DNA from: Chrysomallon squamiferum
Taxonomy: Eukaryota; Animalia; Mollusca
Assembly (NCBI GenBank): GCA_012295275.1
Contig: CM022675.1
Location: forward strand, 3,596,001-3,660,000
Length of the DNA stretch: 64,000 bases
Direction of reading: 5' to 3'
The number at the start of each line of letters is the position of its first letter. Position 1 is the first letter of the stretch. Below the pieces are notes generated by a model. That model saw only the letters and a program-made list of their open reading frames with translations, was not told the DNA's origin and did no database searches. Positions 1 to 13,128 of this stretch are shown piece after piece. Made by a program: the position numbers and the translations under genes.

Positions 1-479
1 CATTTCAAAAATAAAAAATAAATTAATAAATCAAAATCAAAAAATTAAAATAAAAATCTATCAAAATCAAATATCTTCTACAGATCCAACAAGAACATTT
101 TCAAAAAATCAAAAAGAGAAAAATTTCAATTTTCACACCTCACCATGGCCCCCACCAATCATTAAGTGCTATTAAAAAGTGTCATGTGACGTAACATCAA
201 TACAGACGGACTGCGACAAACATTTGTATGATATAAAGAGGCAGCGAGTTTCATCAATGGCAAAGGAACAAGTGTCAAAACATTTAAAATAACTTGCCAG
301 CGACAGTTGAAAACAGCAGCGATGATTTCACAATGAGGGTGATGCAACGAAACAACAGTCCTTTGTAACTGACACATCACACGCTTCAGCGATTTCAAGG
401 AAATTTCGTCAAAATAGAAATGTCAAGACGACGATGATTTGCTACAAACATGGGTGGAATTATAAAATTAATAATTAAA

Positions 480-850
480 TTTGAGATGATTATGTGTTTG
501 AAACTGAAATACTCCTGCCAAAAGTCATTGCAAACTGTTAGGTTATTAATTTTATTATTAGGAAACATTAAGTGACCATGACAATTTACAAAATCAAAAA
601 TAGTCCTGCCAAAAGTAAGTGTGCCATTGTTAAATTATAAATTTTATTATTAGCAAAGATTAGGTGGCCATCACAATTTACAAAATTAAAATACTCCTGC
701 CAAAAACTAATGAACTGTTAAGTTCCATTCAGTTACAAATTTTATAGTTAGGAAAGATTATGCGACCAACAGAATCTACAAAACTAAAATAAACCTGCCA
801 AGAAGCAATGCAGCTTTTAAACTGGAAATCTAATAATTAAATTTTACATG
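480..850. repeat. Degenerate tandem repeat, ~90 bp unit, ~4 copies
   Basis: The motif cctgccaa recurs at ~514, 605, 696 and 794, each followed by similar ttattattagga...gacca...caatttacaaaa sequence. Confidence 0.75.
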
Positions 851-1603
851 ATTAGCAGAATTTTCAAATACAACAAATGTTGTCAATTTTTTTAATTGGT
901 AACTTTGATTTTGAGAAGTAATATATGGGAGAAAATTAAAACAAGAAATAAAGTGACTTCTATAATCTTAAATTGAATTGATTTTAACAATTAAGAAAAA
1001 TTGCATGACTAATCCAAACAACAGAAATGAAAAACTTTACAAAGAGTAAAATTTTTGTTGATTTTTAAATTTAATACAATTTTGTAAAAAAAAAATTGGA
1101 ACATTAAGACAATGTACAAAATAAAGATTAAGTAATTTTTATAAACATCTGATTAATTTTTTAATTTAATACAATTTTGTAAAAATCATAACATTAATGT
1201 ATTTTTTTAAAGTAATACAAGGAATAGAATTAAAATTTATAGATAACCTAACATGCAGGATTTTTTTTAACCTTTAAATTTAATAATTTAGTTAATTACT
1301 ACAAATATGAAATGAAACTGGCTTCACTGAAAATATTAATCTGGTATTTTTAAAATGTTAATTTTCAAATTTAATAATTTAATTTAAAATGATTACATGA
1401 TTAACAGAAAACAAAATAACTGAAATAACTATGTCCAGAAATAAAGCAAATATTTCAAACATTTAACTTTTAATTTAAAGAGAATTTCATTAAAGTAAAG
1501 ACTCAAAATGTCTTGACCAGTAATGACTGAATTTTGTATCTGAATGTATCTAAGTAATTTAGTGAGTGGAACTACTATGGTTTCAAGGAACACAGGTTTA
1601 AAC

Positions 1604-2451
1604 CAGTGGTTCTCAACCTTTTTTTTGCCAATGGCACACCTTGGAACACATGAAAAAATAGCTGCATACCTGGCTAAATAAATAAGAAAAATATTTGAAT
1701 TTTGCAAAATAAAAACATGGCATGTCATAGAAACCATACAACTGTAACTCAAGTTCAATGTTGGATGAATGATTTATGAAAGGATCTCTAATCCAATCAT
1801 ACTTTTCAGTCTTCAGTGACGGAAAGTAATTGTTGATGCTTTTGTCCAGGGCTGTCAGATGAGTAAACACAATAGAGATCATTTCTCCAATGCAGGTAGA
1901 AGCAATAAAGGGAACATATCAAGACTGCCAGTGATTGCTTTTTTCCCCAAATCACAATTTTCTTTTTGAGGGCAACTAACTCGTCTGTTGAAGTGAGAAT
2001 ATTTTCATTTTTACCTTGCCTACTATTGTTTGTTTTATTTAGTTCACTAAATATTTGTCAGGTATTCCATTTTAGACATCCAAAATTCGCAACTAAGGTA
2101 TTCACAGAATTTCTCCTGCTTTTCCTGGAGAAAAAAAATGATAGTAATTCATTGTGCAGTTCATGAACATGATTTAGTACTTTGCCTTTCAACAGCCAGC
2201 AAACCTCAGTGTGCATTAATAACTTAACATGCTGAGTCCATCTCTTTGCACACTTGTTCAAATAATCGTGACTTCAATGGTCTACTTTTTATATAATTGG
2301 TAATTCCAATAACTTGATGTAACACAACCTTTAAATCTTCCCAAGATATTTTTGACACAAGAACTTCTCTATGTAGAAAGCAGTGAGTACAAATGAGATT
2401 TGGGTTTTCTTTTTCTACAAAATTTTGCAGCACACTTGAAGAGAATCACTG
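1604..2451 (-). mobile_element. Internally deleted hAT DNA transposon (Buster/Charlie, ZBED5-like transposase remnant)
   Basis: Ends are cagtggttctc (1604) and gagaatcactg (2451), forming imperfect TIRs. The flanking 8-mers gtttaaac (1596-1603) and gtttagag (2452-2459) match 6/8, consistent with a decayed 8-bp TSD. Frameshifted minus-strand fragments read THCFLHREVLVSK...NYIKSRPLKSRLF, LLMHTEVCWLLKGKVL and YFPSLKTEKYDWIRDPF, typical of Buster-group transposases. Confidence 0.9.
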
Positions 2452-4789
2452 GTTTAGAGTTATATTTTGTAAGGAATGTGTATATAAACTGGAATCATTA
2501 TAAATAAAGCATTACAAACAGAATTCGTTTAAAATGTGTTGATAAATATAAGATAAGATAATTATAAGTCATTCATCAAGCAACTTAGTGAACAGAAATG
2601 TCTAACTGTTTGTCCAGCATCTCTCAGTCCCCTAGTGCTGTATTTTAAATAGTTGTTGATGCTGATATAAAAATGAAAGTTGTCAGATAAATTCAAAATA
2701 AAGTTTTTCAAACAGTATTTAGATTTTCATGTTAATATAATTACTATGTGTTATTTATCACATAAGCTGGTGAACAGAAATTAACAAATATCAAGATCTT
2801 TCTTATTTTAAATGCCCAGTGATTCTAGAAAAAAAAGATAGTGTTGGAAATAAACTGCTACCAACTGTCTTTTTCTTTTTTTTATCTTTTCTGTTACTGT
2901 TAGGTATAAATTATTTCTGAAGTAACTGATTAACAGAAACGTCTCAAAAGTCATGTGATATTTTGGAGCTAAATTTTAAATGGTTTCTGATAGTCTTATA
3001 AAACTGGAAGCTGTCAGAAATAAAGTTTTTCAAATAGTACTGTTTAGATTTTCTTGTTAAATATATTATGAATTATTTCTCACATAATTTTTTCAAGTGA
3101 ACAGGAATGAACAAAAATGACTTTAGATCATATTTTAATACCATTTGAAAAAACAAATATTAATAAAAATTAACTGTTACAAACTGCATTCCTTAAATTT
3201 TATTGATATTGGTTATTTCTCAAGAAAACTAATAAAAATGAATCATTTGGTTACTTGCTGTCATATTTTAAACAATTATTGATACTCAGACAATTTTTAC
3301 TGTTTAGAGCTTCATGTTAAATAAATAATTTGTCAATTAATAACTTAAAATTCATGTAACATCTCTTGGTTAATGCTATATTTTAATGGTTGGTGCTCAT
3401 AGAAAAATTTGTAAATTTTATTTCATTTCAAATGAATAACAACAACAACAACATCAGTAATAATAATAATAAAATATAGCAATAATAAAAATAGTAATAA
3501 ATAAAAATATAAAATAATAATAAGAATAATATTAATATTATCAACAACAACAATAATATTAAAATGAAAATTACCACAACTATTTAAATTATGAAGCAGT
3601 TGTTATTTTTGAATGTCTATGATGAAAACAAAACAATTATTTCTCAGTGTTGAGAAACTATGTTGTAACTATGGCAAAATATTTTCTCTCATGTAATCAT
3701 TACATTGATGTTTGACAAACACTTGTGTATTTATTAATTTCACATTCACACTAAAACAGCATCAACTCAGTCTACACAGACTTTTTTGAGTAAGCTTAAT
3801 AAAAATACTTTCCACTTCAACATAAACAAGAAAAGCAGGGAAATCATTGTTTGCTTTCATGTGTGGCATTAACAGTATTAGTATTTTAAAATATTATTTA
3901 GTAAAGATTGAAAAAAGAATTATTTGACAAAACCTCGGACTAGGCAACCAACAATATTTATATTAATGTGATTAATAAATTTAGAAATAAAATGCAGTTT
4001 TAGTTTTATTTCTTTAAACATCATTCTAGGCAATAAATTACACACAGATTATCATTTAATTCAAATTTATACTTCCTGTATTGTTTGTATAATTAACAAA
4101 TGTGTACTGCTTGATATTTGATATTAGTCCAAAATTTAATAATTTAGTTAAACAGATTAACTGGCAGTACAGTAAATATTTTAAAATTTTAAAACTGTAT
4201 TAATTACTTATTTATTTTAACACTGATCTTGGTTAATTTAGTTAACAGATATACCTTAATAAAAGAAAATCTAAAAAATAATGGTAATAATCATAATCTG
4301 AAGAAAAAAAAGAAGACAAAGTTATGAGGGTTTTTTTGTTTTCATTTTCTGAACAGAAAGTCACAACAAAGGAGTCAACTAATGAAGCACTTTTTCATCT
4401 TATTTACGAAAAAATTCAATGTTCATTGAAGAATTTACTGATTCAAAACTTCGCCACAGAATTAGCGAAGTGCCAACTGATAGTTCTTCACTGAATACAA
4501 AACTCGTAACAGAATGAGTCATTTGTAACTTGCAGGCAAAAAATTGTAATTTTACATAACAAAACTTTTCAGTAAACAGAACTTACATAAAACATGTCAA
4601 CAATCTCATTTTTGGTAATATTCATCTATGAGTATGTGAAAAAAAAAAAAAAAAAAATGTGCATGTCCAAATCATGTATATAAAATGCAGTAAATTAAAG
4701 AAAGAAAGAAATGCTGTATTTAACAACTTAACACATATTTTATACAAAAATCTTTTAAATGGCACTATACATATGCCTAGGACCATGTA

Positions 4790-4854
<65 letters not shown>

Positions 4855-5245
4855 ACTGCTATGTGATGGATTACGTTTTCTGTTAACAGCAAGGCATTTT
4901 TCTGATGTACCTTACCATAAACAGGAAAATTGAAACAGAAATCAAAATGTCTTAAATAAACATCTTCAACCAAAATGCATATTTTGCATATATGCTTGTG
5001 CTTGTATGTTGTATTTATGTGTTTTTGTGTCTGTATGTATGAGTTTTTGTGTCTGTACGTACATTTGTATGTATGCTTCTGTGTGATATGTGTGTGAGTG
5101 CATGTGTATTTTTATATGTACATGATTGTGTAGAGATATACAAGTGCATGTGATGAATATATATATATATGAACAGAAGTTTTGAGAGTGTGTGTGTGTA
5201 TGAATGTGCATGTATGTGTACATGTGTGCTGTAATACTGTAAATG

Positions 5246-8200
5246 TTACTCACTGTCACCACAAGGTTGCATCATTGGTTGTGGTTCGTTCATGCTGAGT
5301 TCTATTCGGTTGGCAGAGTCTAAACATGAACGTGCCTGCACAATGCGTTTCTCTGACAACTGTTTCATGGGGACGGGCTTGGCCAACAGGTTTTGCTGGA
5401 GGGCGGCCAGTCCCATCTGAGCTGTGTTAATACCCGCCATTTGTAGTTCCTTCGAATCATCAGGACTCCCTGCAACACCAGACACAAAATATTTATTTAT
5501 TTGTTACTGTTCTAACATCCAGTCAGTTTAAACTTTAGATATTAAAAAAACACTTTTGTTAGTTTCTAGTGTATCCTGGTCAAGGAGTTACTCTTACCAA
5601 AGTTACATTCTTGAAAATAATGGATTCTTTCATGAAAGAATCCATTATTCATTGTTATCAAGATAAGGGGTTACTCTCACAAAAATGGTTACTCTACCTA
5701 AATGAGGGGTTATCCTCTCTCATTGTTCTGTTAAAAGCAGAAAGGTCATATGAATGGACTGAAGTAATTATTTTAGCACATGCAAATTTACTTTGTTTTG
5801 AAAAAATGTATTTTGTTATCGCCATTTACATACCTAAATCATAATCAGTGCGAAGGGAAATAATTCAAAAATACCACAAATAATTTTTATACCTGAAGAC
5901 ATTAGCAAGTTCTCTAACAAACAAATTTTATACTGCTCTACCGTTTTTACAAATCCCATAATTATTTTTTTTCTAACCTCTCCATTTTATGAACATTTCT
6001 GTCTAGCAAAATAATGATCATCATCTATAGATTACTGATTGGTGTATTAAATCACGGACTACATTATACTTTGGATATTCAGGTATGCAAACATTTATAT
6101 TTCTGGTATCAAGCTGTATTTCAATATCACTCCCGTTTCCACAGATTATATGGTTGCAAAAATATGTCAGATGTGCTTAATTTAATATTGTAATCACAGA
6201 ATATGGATACATATTTTTAATATCTATCAATCTGTGGTTCAGAATCGTTTTTTAATTGAAAACCTTTATCATTATATAGTCATAAATTTTTGTATTCTTC
6301 TGTTAGGATTATTAAAATAATGTATTAATGTTGTTCTTTGCTTTAAAATCTCGAAATAAAAAAAACACGACTGTATGACACTTTTCCATGCTAACACAAA
6401 AATCAGTATTATGACTTTATCACCATTTTGACTGTCTTTTGTCACAAATCAAAATGAAATCGCTGATCGCAGATAACAGAAATGAGGATGGACAGACAAC
6501 AAGATGTGTTAACAAATGTTTACCAGGTAACCCGCAGTTGTAGTAGTCTTTCCGAACATCTGCAACGGTGGAATCAGCTGCTGCTATAGACTCGTTGTTG
6601 TGACTGTTGTTTTTGTTGTTTATCAGTCGAAATATCAGCTTACTGCTGGATCTGTGTAAAAAAAAATATATTAAAATTGCTACAGTGTCTTTCTTAATTC
6701 TATTATTTACCTTTTAAAAAGGTCACTTATAAAATATAATTGCTGAAGTGCTATATTCTCAGTACATTATACAGTTAAAAAAAAAAAGATATAGGCCATT
6801 TATGAAGGGAATTAAGCTTACTGATGTCTGACCCTCTATAAATTTTATTTTATATAAAAACAAACTTTGTCATGAATTTTTTTTTTTTTTAACCACTACT
6901 ATGGCTACTCTTACCAACTAGCAGAAAAGGATAATTACTGTACACCTTCCCACAGACAGGAGAGTATAATTTAATGTGAGGCTGTGGTTGGAAAGGGGAA
7001 AATAAACTCCATCCAGTTTACAAACAAATTTCTATTTTGTTATTAGTAGTCATTAGATGATTAGCTAGTTTTTTCATTTATAAGAAAAAAAAAACTATAT
7101 ATGTATATAATATTCACTTTGTATTTGCCTTCTCAGTTATTATTTTTTTATTAAGAAAGACAAACTTGATATACTTTTAGACCACTGACTTTGTTTTACG
7201 CTACTAATACTGATACAGAAATGATAATCATCTTTCAGTCAGAAAAAAAAAAAAAAATTCTACAGAATAGATCAGTCTAAGAAATGGTAATATTTCATCA
7301 TCATCATCACTACTGTTATCATTATAATTATTATTGTTATTATCAGTATTAATGTAATTTATAATAATTATCACTATCATTATCATTATTATTATTAGTT
7401 TTATTATCATCATTATATTATTATATTATTATATCTTGTGTTATGTTCAAGTTACAACACACCTGCAGAATTCTGATGTATTGTTTGCGTTCCCAGCAGC
7501 TACAACATCTTTTTCTAACTGTGCACATTCTGCCAGGCATTCCAGGGCACCAACACCTACAACAACAACATCATTAATTTAAAACAAAGGTATTACAAAG
7601 TCATGGTAAATATTTAATGTAACTTTAAGTAACATTTTAAAAGTAGCATAATACCAGTATAGATGCTCATACAGTAACATCACTTAAATGTAAAAATTAA
7701 ATAAATAAATAACAGTAATAATAATAATAAAGGTAAAGGGACATGAAGAAAAAATTTAAATGCATGTTAAATAGTTTCAGGCAATGTGACATTAAATAAC
7801 AGAACAATTAATGAATAACATTAAATTACAATGTAGCACAATAAATATTATTAAATAACAATATAAATTAATAAATAACATTAAATAACTGTATAACTTA
7901 ATAACATTGTGAAATTTATTAACATTAAAATAACACTGTAACTTAAAATTAATATTAAATAGAATATACCATAATAAATAACATCAAAACATTTAAAAAT
8001 ACTTAATATCTTTAAACTTAAAAGAAAATAAAAAAATGTTATAAAATCAAATTAACAAATAAGGCTTCATTATAAAACTTATCAATGAATTACATCACAG
8101 GCAAGGGAAATAATCAAGTTTTCTGAATAAGTTATCTTATCTGTGAAATGTAAGAATAAACTGAAAACAATCAAAATTAAATACACACGAACAACAAACT

Positions 8201-8624
8201 TTATTTGTAAAAAAATCCAGTATAAAGTAACAAATTTTGTGAATTTATTTTCTAGACTACATTTTTAAAAGGATCACAAAGAAAAAGAGTAGCTGAAATA
8301 AAAATGATTTAACTGGATTTCTTCTTTTATAGACAGTTCATGATACATCTAGCCAAATTAGCCAGTTTTCAACAAAAGTGATTCAAAATATTTAATTTTA
8401 TGTTTAGCCTGTGTCTGTATTTAACTTCTAACAAAAGACATCCTCCTTGTTGCCATTGCAAGGGTTACTTTTATCATCAGACATCAAGGGATCTTTTACA
8501 TGTATTCTTAAATAGTAGTTTGTGTTACTTTGTAAACAGTGTTATAAATGTTGTTTTAAAAAGTGTATTATTGTTACACACACACACACACACCTACTGA
8601 CATTAACACAAACATATGTTATAT

Positions 8625-8690
<66 letters not shown>

Positions 8691-8695
8691 GCATA

Positions 8696-8726
<31 letters not shown>

Positions 8727-9429
8727 ATTATATACATATATGTATATGCATATATATATATATATGTATATATGTATATGTATATGTGTATGTATATGTA
8801 TATGTATATGTATATAGTTATATGTATATGTATATAAATAGGTCAGTATTTATGATGTATATGTGTGTATATGTATACATATTTTACTGTTTATGAGAAC
8901 AAAGTTTAAATTTGTTTAATTTGTGAGAAACTTGAAAAAGTGACTCAGTTTGTCTTAACAGTAATGTATTATTATGTCATATATGTAACCAACTTTATAA
9001 TGTTCACACACACACACATATTTTAATTGAGAAACAGTTGGAAGAATTTAACATTACATAATAAATGAGTATAAATAAAGAAACTGATTTCAAAGTTAGT
9101 ATATCAACTCTTAAAAAGTAGAATTTCCAATAATTACTGATTTTTGTCACCCAAAAAGTAATAATAGTCAGCATTTATATCCCATCTGAATTCATCAATT
9201 TAATTTTTAAAAATAAACTTAATTTCAGTTATTTACCAAGTCAAAAAAAACCCACTATTAGCCTACTATAGCTTTTACAAGTATATTAATCATTTTAGCA
9301 AATACTTTTTCATCATGACTATGTGAAATGAACATATGCCCACATGAATGAGTATCTGCAAAATATGGACTTGGGGGGAAAAGGGAAATAGTAGTGCATG
9401 TGGAAATGTCTGTTTTATATACTTGTGAA

Positions 9430-9471
<42 letters not shown>

Positions 9472-10291
9472 GCAATGTACAAAGTAAATTCAAATTCTGA
9501 TTCTACAGATAAGAATTATCAAAACTGAAGTACAGATTTTTCTATTTATTTTCTACAATTCAAATAAAACATCTTTAAAAAATAATAATAATAAATAAAT
9601 AAATAATTTTAATAAACATGTAGTTATTTAATAACAAATGATATTACACAACTATCATGAACATTAAATAATAATTACAAAAATAATTAAAAATTGTCAA
9701 ACTAATCATCTAATCTATTCTGTTTCAAGCTTTTATAACTATTTTAAAGTTTGTAATTTTAATTTTATATATTACGTAATTATTAACTTTTTCTCAGCTT
9801 AAAGGGCGACTTTTTGGCTAAGGTTACGTTATTTATAGATATATATATATATTTATTTATTTATCTGTCAAAATGAACCCAACAACCTAAAGGACATTGC
9901 CATTTTGGGCACGGATACAAATACCGAAATAGGCGCACGATTAAAAAAAAATAACGCGATGTGTTACATAAAGGGAACTGAGCACGAGGGTTCATCAATA
10001 ACATTCGGTTAAATTGAAAAGTACCGTTTAATTTTGTAATAGCTAGTGATATTATGATGGTCTGTGTGGCTATTACAAAGATTATGTTCAATTATATAAC
10101 TGAACACAATGCGAATAGAGAATGCAAAATGGCCACTGTCCAAACTGAGGTACATTAGTCTTAGATAGGGGTACAGTTTTCGGCCGCTTACCATAACTTT
10201 CATGTGCGGTGCGTTCCCAAAAGCCGGGAAGGCTTGACATCATAGATGTATCTATTGGGCCCTGGAAATCACAGAAGTTTCCGTCGGCCAT
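5246..10291 (-). CDS. Uncharacterised multi-exon protein-coding gene (at least ~180 aa; 3' end uncertain)
   Basis: Exons 10291-10192, 7556-7463, 6651-6524 and 5469-5254 (or read-through to TAA at 5246) have GT-AG junctions with matching phases 1, 2 and 1. Open frame: [179 protein letters not shown]. The 5' end is CpG-rich. I do not recognise the family. Confidence 0.8.
6890..7005 (-). mobile_element. Decayed SINE core fragment
   Basis: ggctactctt...tagcag...ggat...tcccacagacagga is the reverse-orientation counterpart of the repeat at 35480-35730. Confidence 0.55.
8440..8505 (-). mobile_element. Decayed SINE core fragment
   Basis: gggttacttt...catcaagggatcttttacatg resembles the same SINE core in reverse orientation. 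Confidence 0.45.
8577..8835. repeat. Compound (CA)n/(TA)n/(TATATG)n microsatellite
   Basis: Directly visible. It produces the spurious YIYI/YMYM ORFs. Confidence 0.95.
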
Positions 10292-10700
10292 ATTTTGAAG
10301 GAAAACTTCGTTTTGTTTGGTTAAAAATATGGATAGAAACGAGTTGTTACGTCATGGCGCCTGACATAAGTCCGTGTGATGCCTGCGCAATTGGTCGTTA
10401 CCACTTTTATAGGGTGTAAAGGTTGTTGTTTATATGAAATAATAATCACCAGTATGCAACGTTTCCAATTATATATAATTTAATTATAATAACTTTTTTC
10501 ATATAGCACATAAAACTGTGATTAATAATTTGGTTTTATTTACAGTATGTTAGATAAACACCTGAAAGCGATCTGGACGATACCAGTATGAAAAAATAAC
10601 CCTTTTAGCCATTGTGTAAGGTTAGTAGTGACCGCTTGACCAATCACGTGATTACATATCACCACAGATGGCGCTATTTCAAGCTGAAACGTTGAAAATA
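10292..10700 (-). promoter_or_regulatory. CpG-enriched promoter region of the uncharacterised gene
   Basis: CpG density is high relative to the flanks. It contains ttacgtca (CRE-like, ~10347), ccaatcacgtga (CCAAT plus E-box, ~10640) and cagatggcgcta (YY1/CTCF-like, ~10665). Confidence 0.5.
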
Positions 10701-10982
10701 AACAAGAAGGGGCTAGCTAATCAAATTCTTGACACTACCTCTTTAGAATTATTTATTACTTTTCAAAGTAATTAGTGGTGGGTATCCGGTAACGATATAT
10801 AGGCCTATAGATTAATTGTTTCGTTTTACATGCGAATAAATTGGAGTTAAGTTACGCCGTTCATGTTATTATTATTTTGTTTTTTTTGGCGTCGTCGTCA
10901 TCATCGTTGGCGTTGTTCTTATTATTTAGCTATATATAATGTTCTGGCTTCCTCTGTTATAGAATAGTGACATAGTGACGCA

Positions 10983-10985
<3 letters not shown>

Positions 10986-11047
<62 letters not shown>
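10986..11047. repeat. (TC)n microsatellite
   Basis: Directly visible. Confidence 0.95.
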
Positions 11048-11052
<5 letters not shown>

Positions 11053-11106
11053 ATATAAATATAATAAAGTAATTTTCAAAATTAATCATCACTAATTATT
11101 TCATTT

Positions 11107-13128
11107 AATAATAATAACAACAACAACATTGAAATTAGTTAAAGCATAGATAAATATTTCGTGTTATGTATACTTATAAGTATACTTATAAAATAAATAA
11201 AATAATACAGTAATAATAAAAGCAAATTAAATAAATATTTGATTGTAATAATTAAACCAACAGTAAATTCACTAATAATTATTCAAAATAAAAAAAGATA
11301 TAAATAAGTAAATAAATTAACAAATAAAACTACACACAATACACACATTCATACATGCATGTGTACACACGTACATATTATACACACATACATATACACG
11401 TACAAATTAAATCATATACTTACAGATATAAATCCTCTGATATAAACACACGTGCAGACGCGCACACATACACATGCAAACACATACGTAGATGATTATA
11501 CACATTCAAACACATACACAAAACTATATATATATATATATATATATACACATAAAAAATATTCGTTCGAGTCTCGCCTGCGGCATCTGACGGGTTTGTG
11601 AGGTCGTGATTGGACTTTGTCCTCCTGCGCCAGTGCGTTCCCGAATATTGTCTGTGTGCAGAGGCTGATATGAAGTACACAAGAATATTGAAATACTGAA
11701 AAAACAACATAAAACCCAGACAACTGCCTGTGCCAGGTTTTCCAAAAAAAAAAAAAAAAAATTAATCCTTGCAAAAATTACGAAAGACAAAGAACGGTGT
11801 GCTTCGTGGAAAGAGATAATTATCCTCGGTTATTGAGCAATCTTTTTTTTTTTTTTTTTTTTTTTTTTGATATATCGTTGTCCGCCTGCGGGAAAATATT
11901 CATATCATACATATATCTTCCCATATACAGACACATACATACAAACATATGCATATCAACACTAATGAATATTAATATTTACTTTTTTTTTTTTTTTTTC
12001 CCCTGGTTTTTTCGCTGTCTTTTAACATGGTTGTAGTTTGGATGTTTGTGAGTAAATTTATATAAAATGCATTTTTAATGTGTGTGTGATCTCTGTTATT
12101 TTTTTTTCACAATTGTATTTCATACAAATATATTTTATTGGTTTTAAAAAAGTCACTGTTATTCTTCTTTTACGATGAGAAAATTAATAATTTAAGATTA
12201 TAAGAAAAAATTTTAATGTTAATAATAATAATAATAATAGATTTTATAAAAAAAAAGATTAATAAAAAAAATAATAATAATAATAACAATAACAACAACA
12301 CTAAAATTGAAATTAGTTAAATATTTCGTGTTATGTATAGTTATCAGTACACTTATAAAATAAATAAAATAATACAGTAATAATAAAAGCAAAATAAATA
12401 ATAAATAAATATTTGATTGTAATAATTAAAAAATCCAACAGTAAACTAATAATTATTCAAAATAAAAAAAGTTATAAAATAAGTAAATAAATTAACAAAT
12501 AAACTACACATAATATACACATTCATTTGTACACACATAGACATATATATATATATATACATATAAACACATATATACACAGACATACATATGCACATAA
12601 ACATACATATACACGTACAAATTAAATCATATACTTACAGATATAAATCCTCTGATATAAAGACACGTGCAGACGCGCACACACATACATACAACCACAC
12701 GTAGATGATTATACACACTGAAACACATTCAAAAACATATATAAAACTATATATATATATACATACACATAAATATTCGTTCGAGTCTCGTCAGCGGCAT
12801 CTGACGGGTTTGTGAGGTCGTGATTGGACTTTATCCTCCTGCGCCAGTGCGTTCCCGAATATTGTCTGTGTGCAGAGTTTGATATGAAGTACATAAGAAT
12901 ATTCAAATACTAAAAAAAAAAAAAAAAAAAAACACACATACAGTTGCCAGTGTCAGGTTTTCCAACAAAAAAAAAAAAAAATGAAAAAATTACGAAAGAC
13001 AAAGAACGGTGTGCTTCGTGGAAAGAGATAATTACCCTCGGTTATTGAGCAACCTTTTTTTTTAATTTTAATTTTTTTTTTTTTTTATTTATATCGTTGT
13101 CCGCCTAAGGGAAAATGTGCATACATAC
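11107..13128. repeat. Local direct duplication, two ~0.8 kb copies (~11107-11910 and ~12271-13128)
   Basis: Colinear blocks are shared, including 92-nt GC-rich cores at 11558-11649 and 12772-12863 (3 differences) and hairpin-like blocks at 11796-11842 and 13008-13054, each followed by poly-T. Confidence 0.92.

Noticed and set aside
300-400. Selenoprotein read-through of clustered in-frame TGA codons
   Set aside because: I see no recognisable SECIS element or selenoprotein motif, so ordinary UTR sequence is the simpler reading.
1966-2166. Plus-strand 66-aa ORF
   Set aside because: It is an antisense shadow of the hAT transposase remnant.
5455-5469. Antizyme-type +1 frameshift site (TCC TGA T on the minus strand)
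   Set aside because: The spliced frame already reads through as AGT CCT GAT and the protein does not resemble antizyme.
10660-10678. CTCF insulator site
   Set aside because: Only the 3' half (agatggcgcta) fits the consensus and it is equally YY1-like, so it is too weak to call.
11558-11649. tRNA, or HDV-like/hammerhead ribozyme
   Set aside because: The A-box-like and B-box-like motifs are on opposite strands, I cannot build a cloverleaf, the hammerhead core (CUGANGA/GAAA) is absent and HDV P1/P2 pairings do not form convincingly.
12985-13054. Spliced-leader RNA on the minus strand (GGTTGCTC...GAGG|GTAATT plus an Sm-like AATTTTT)
   Set aside because: The putative GT donor is AT in the other copy, the Sm-like site differs between copies and no flanking stems support it.
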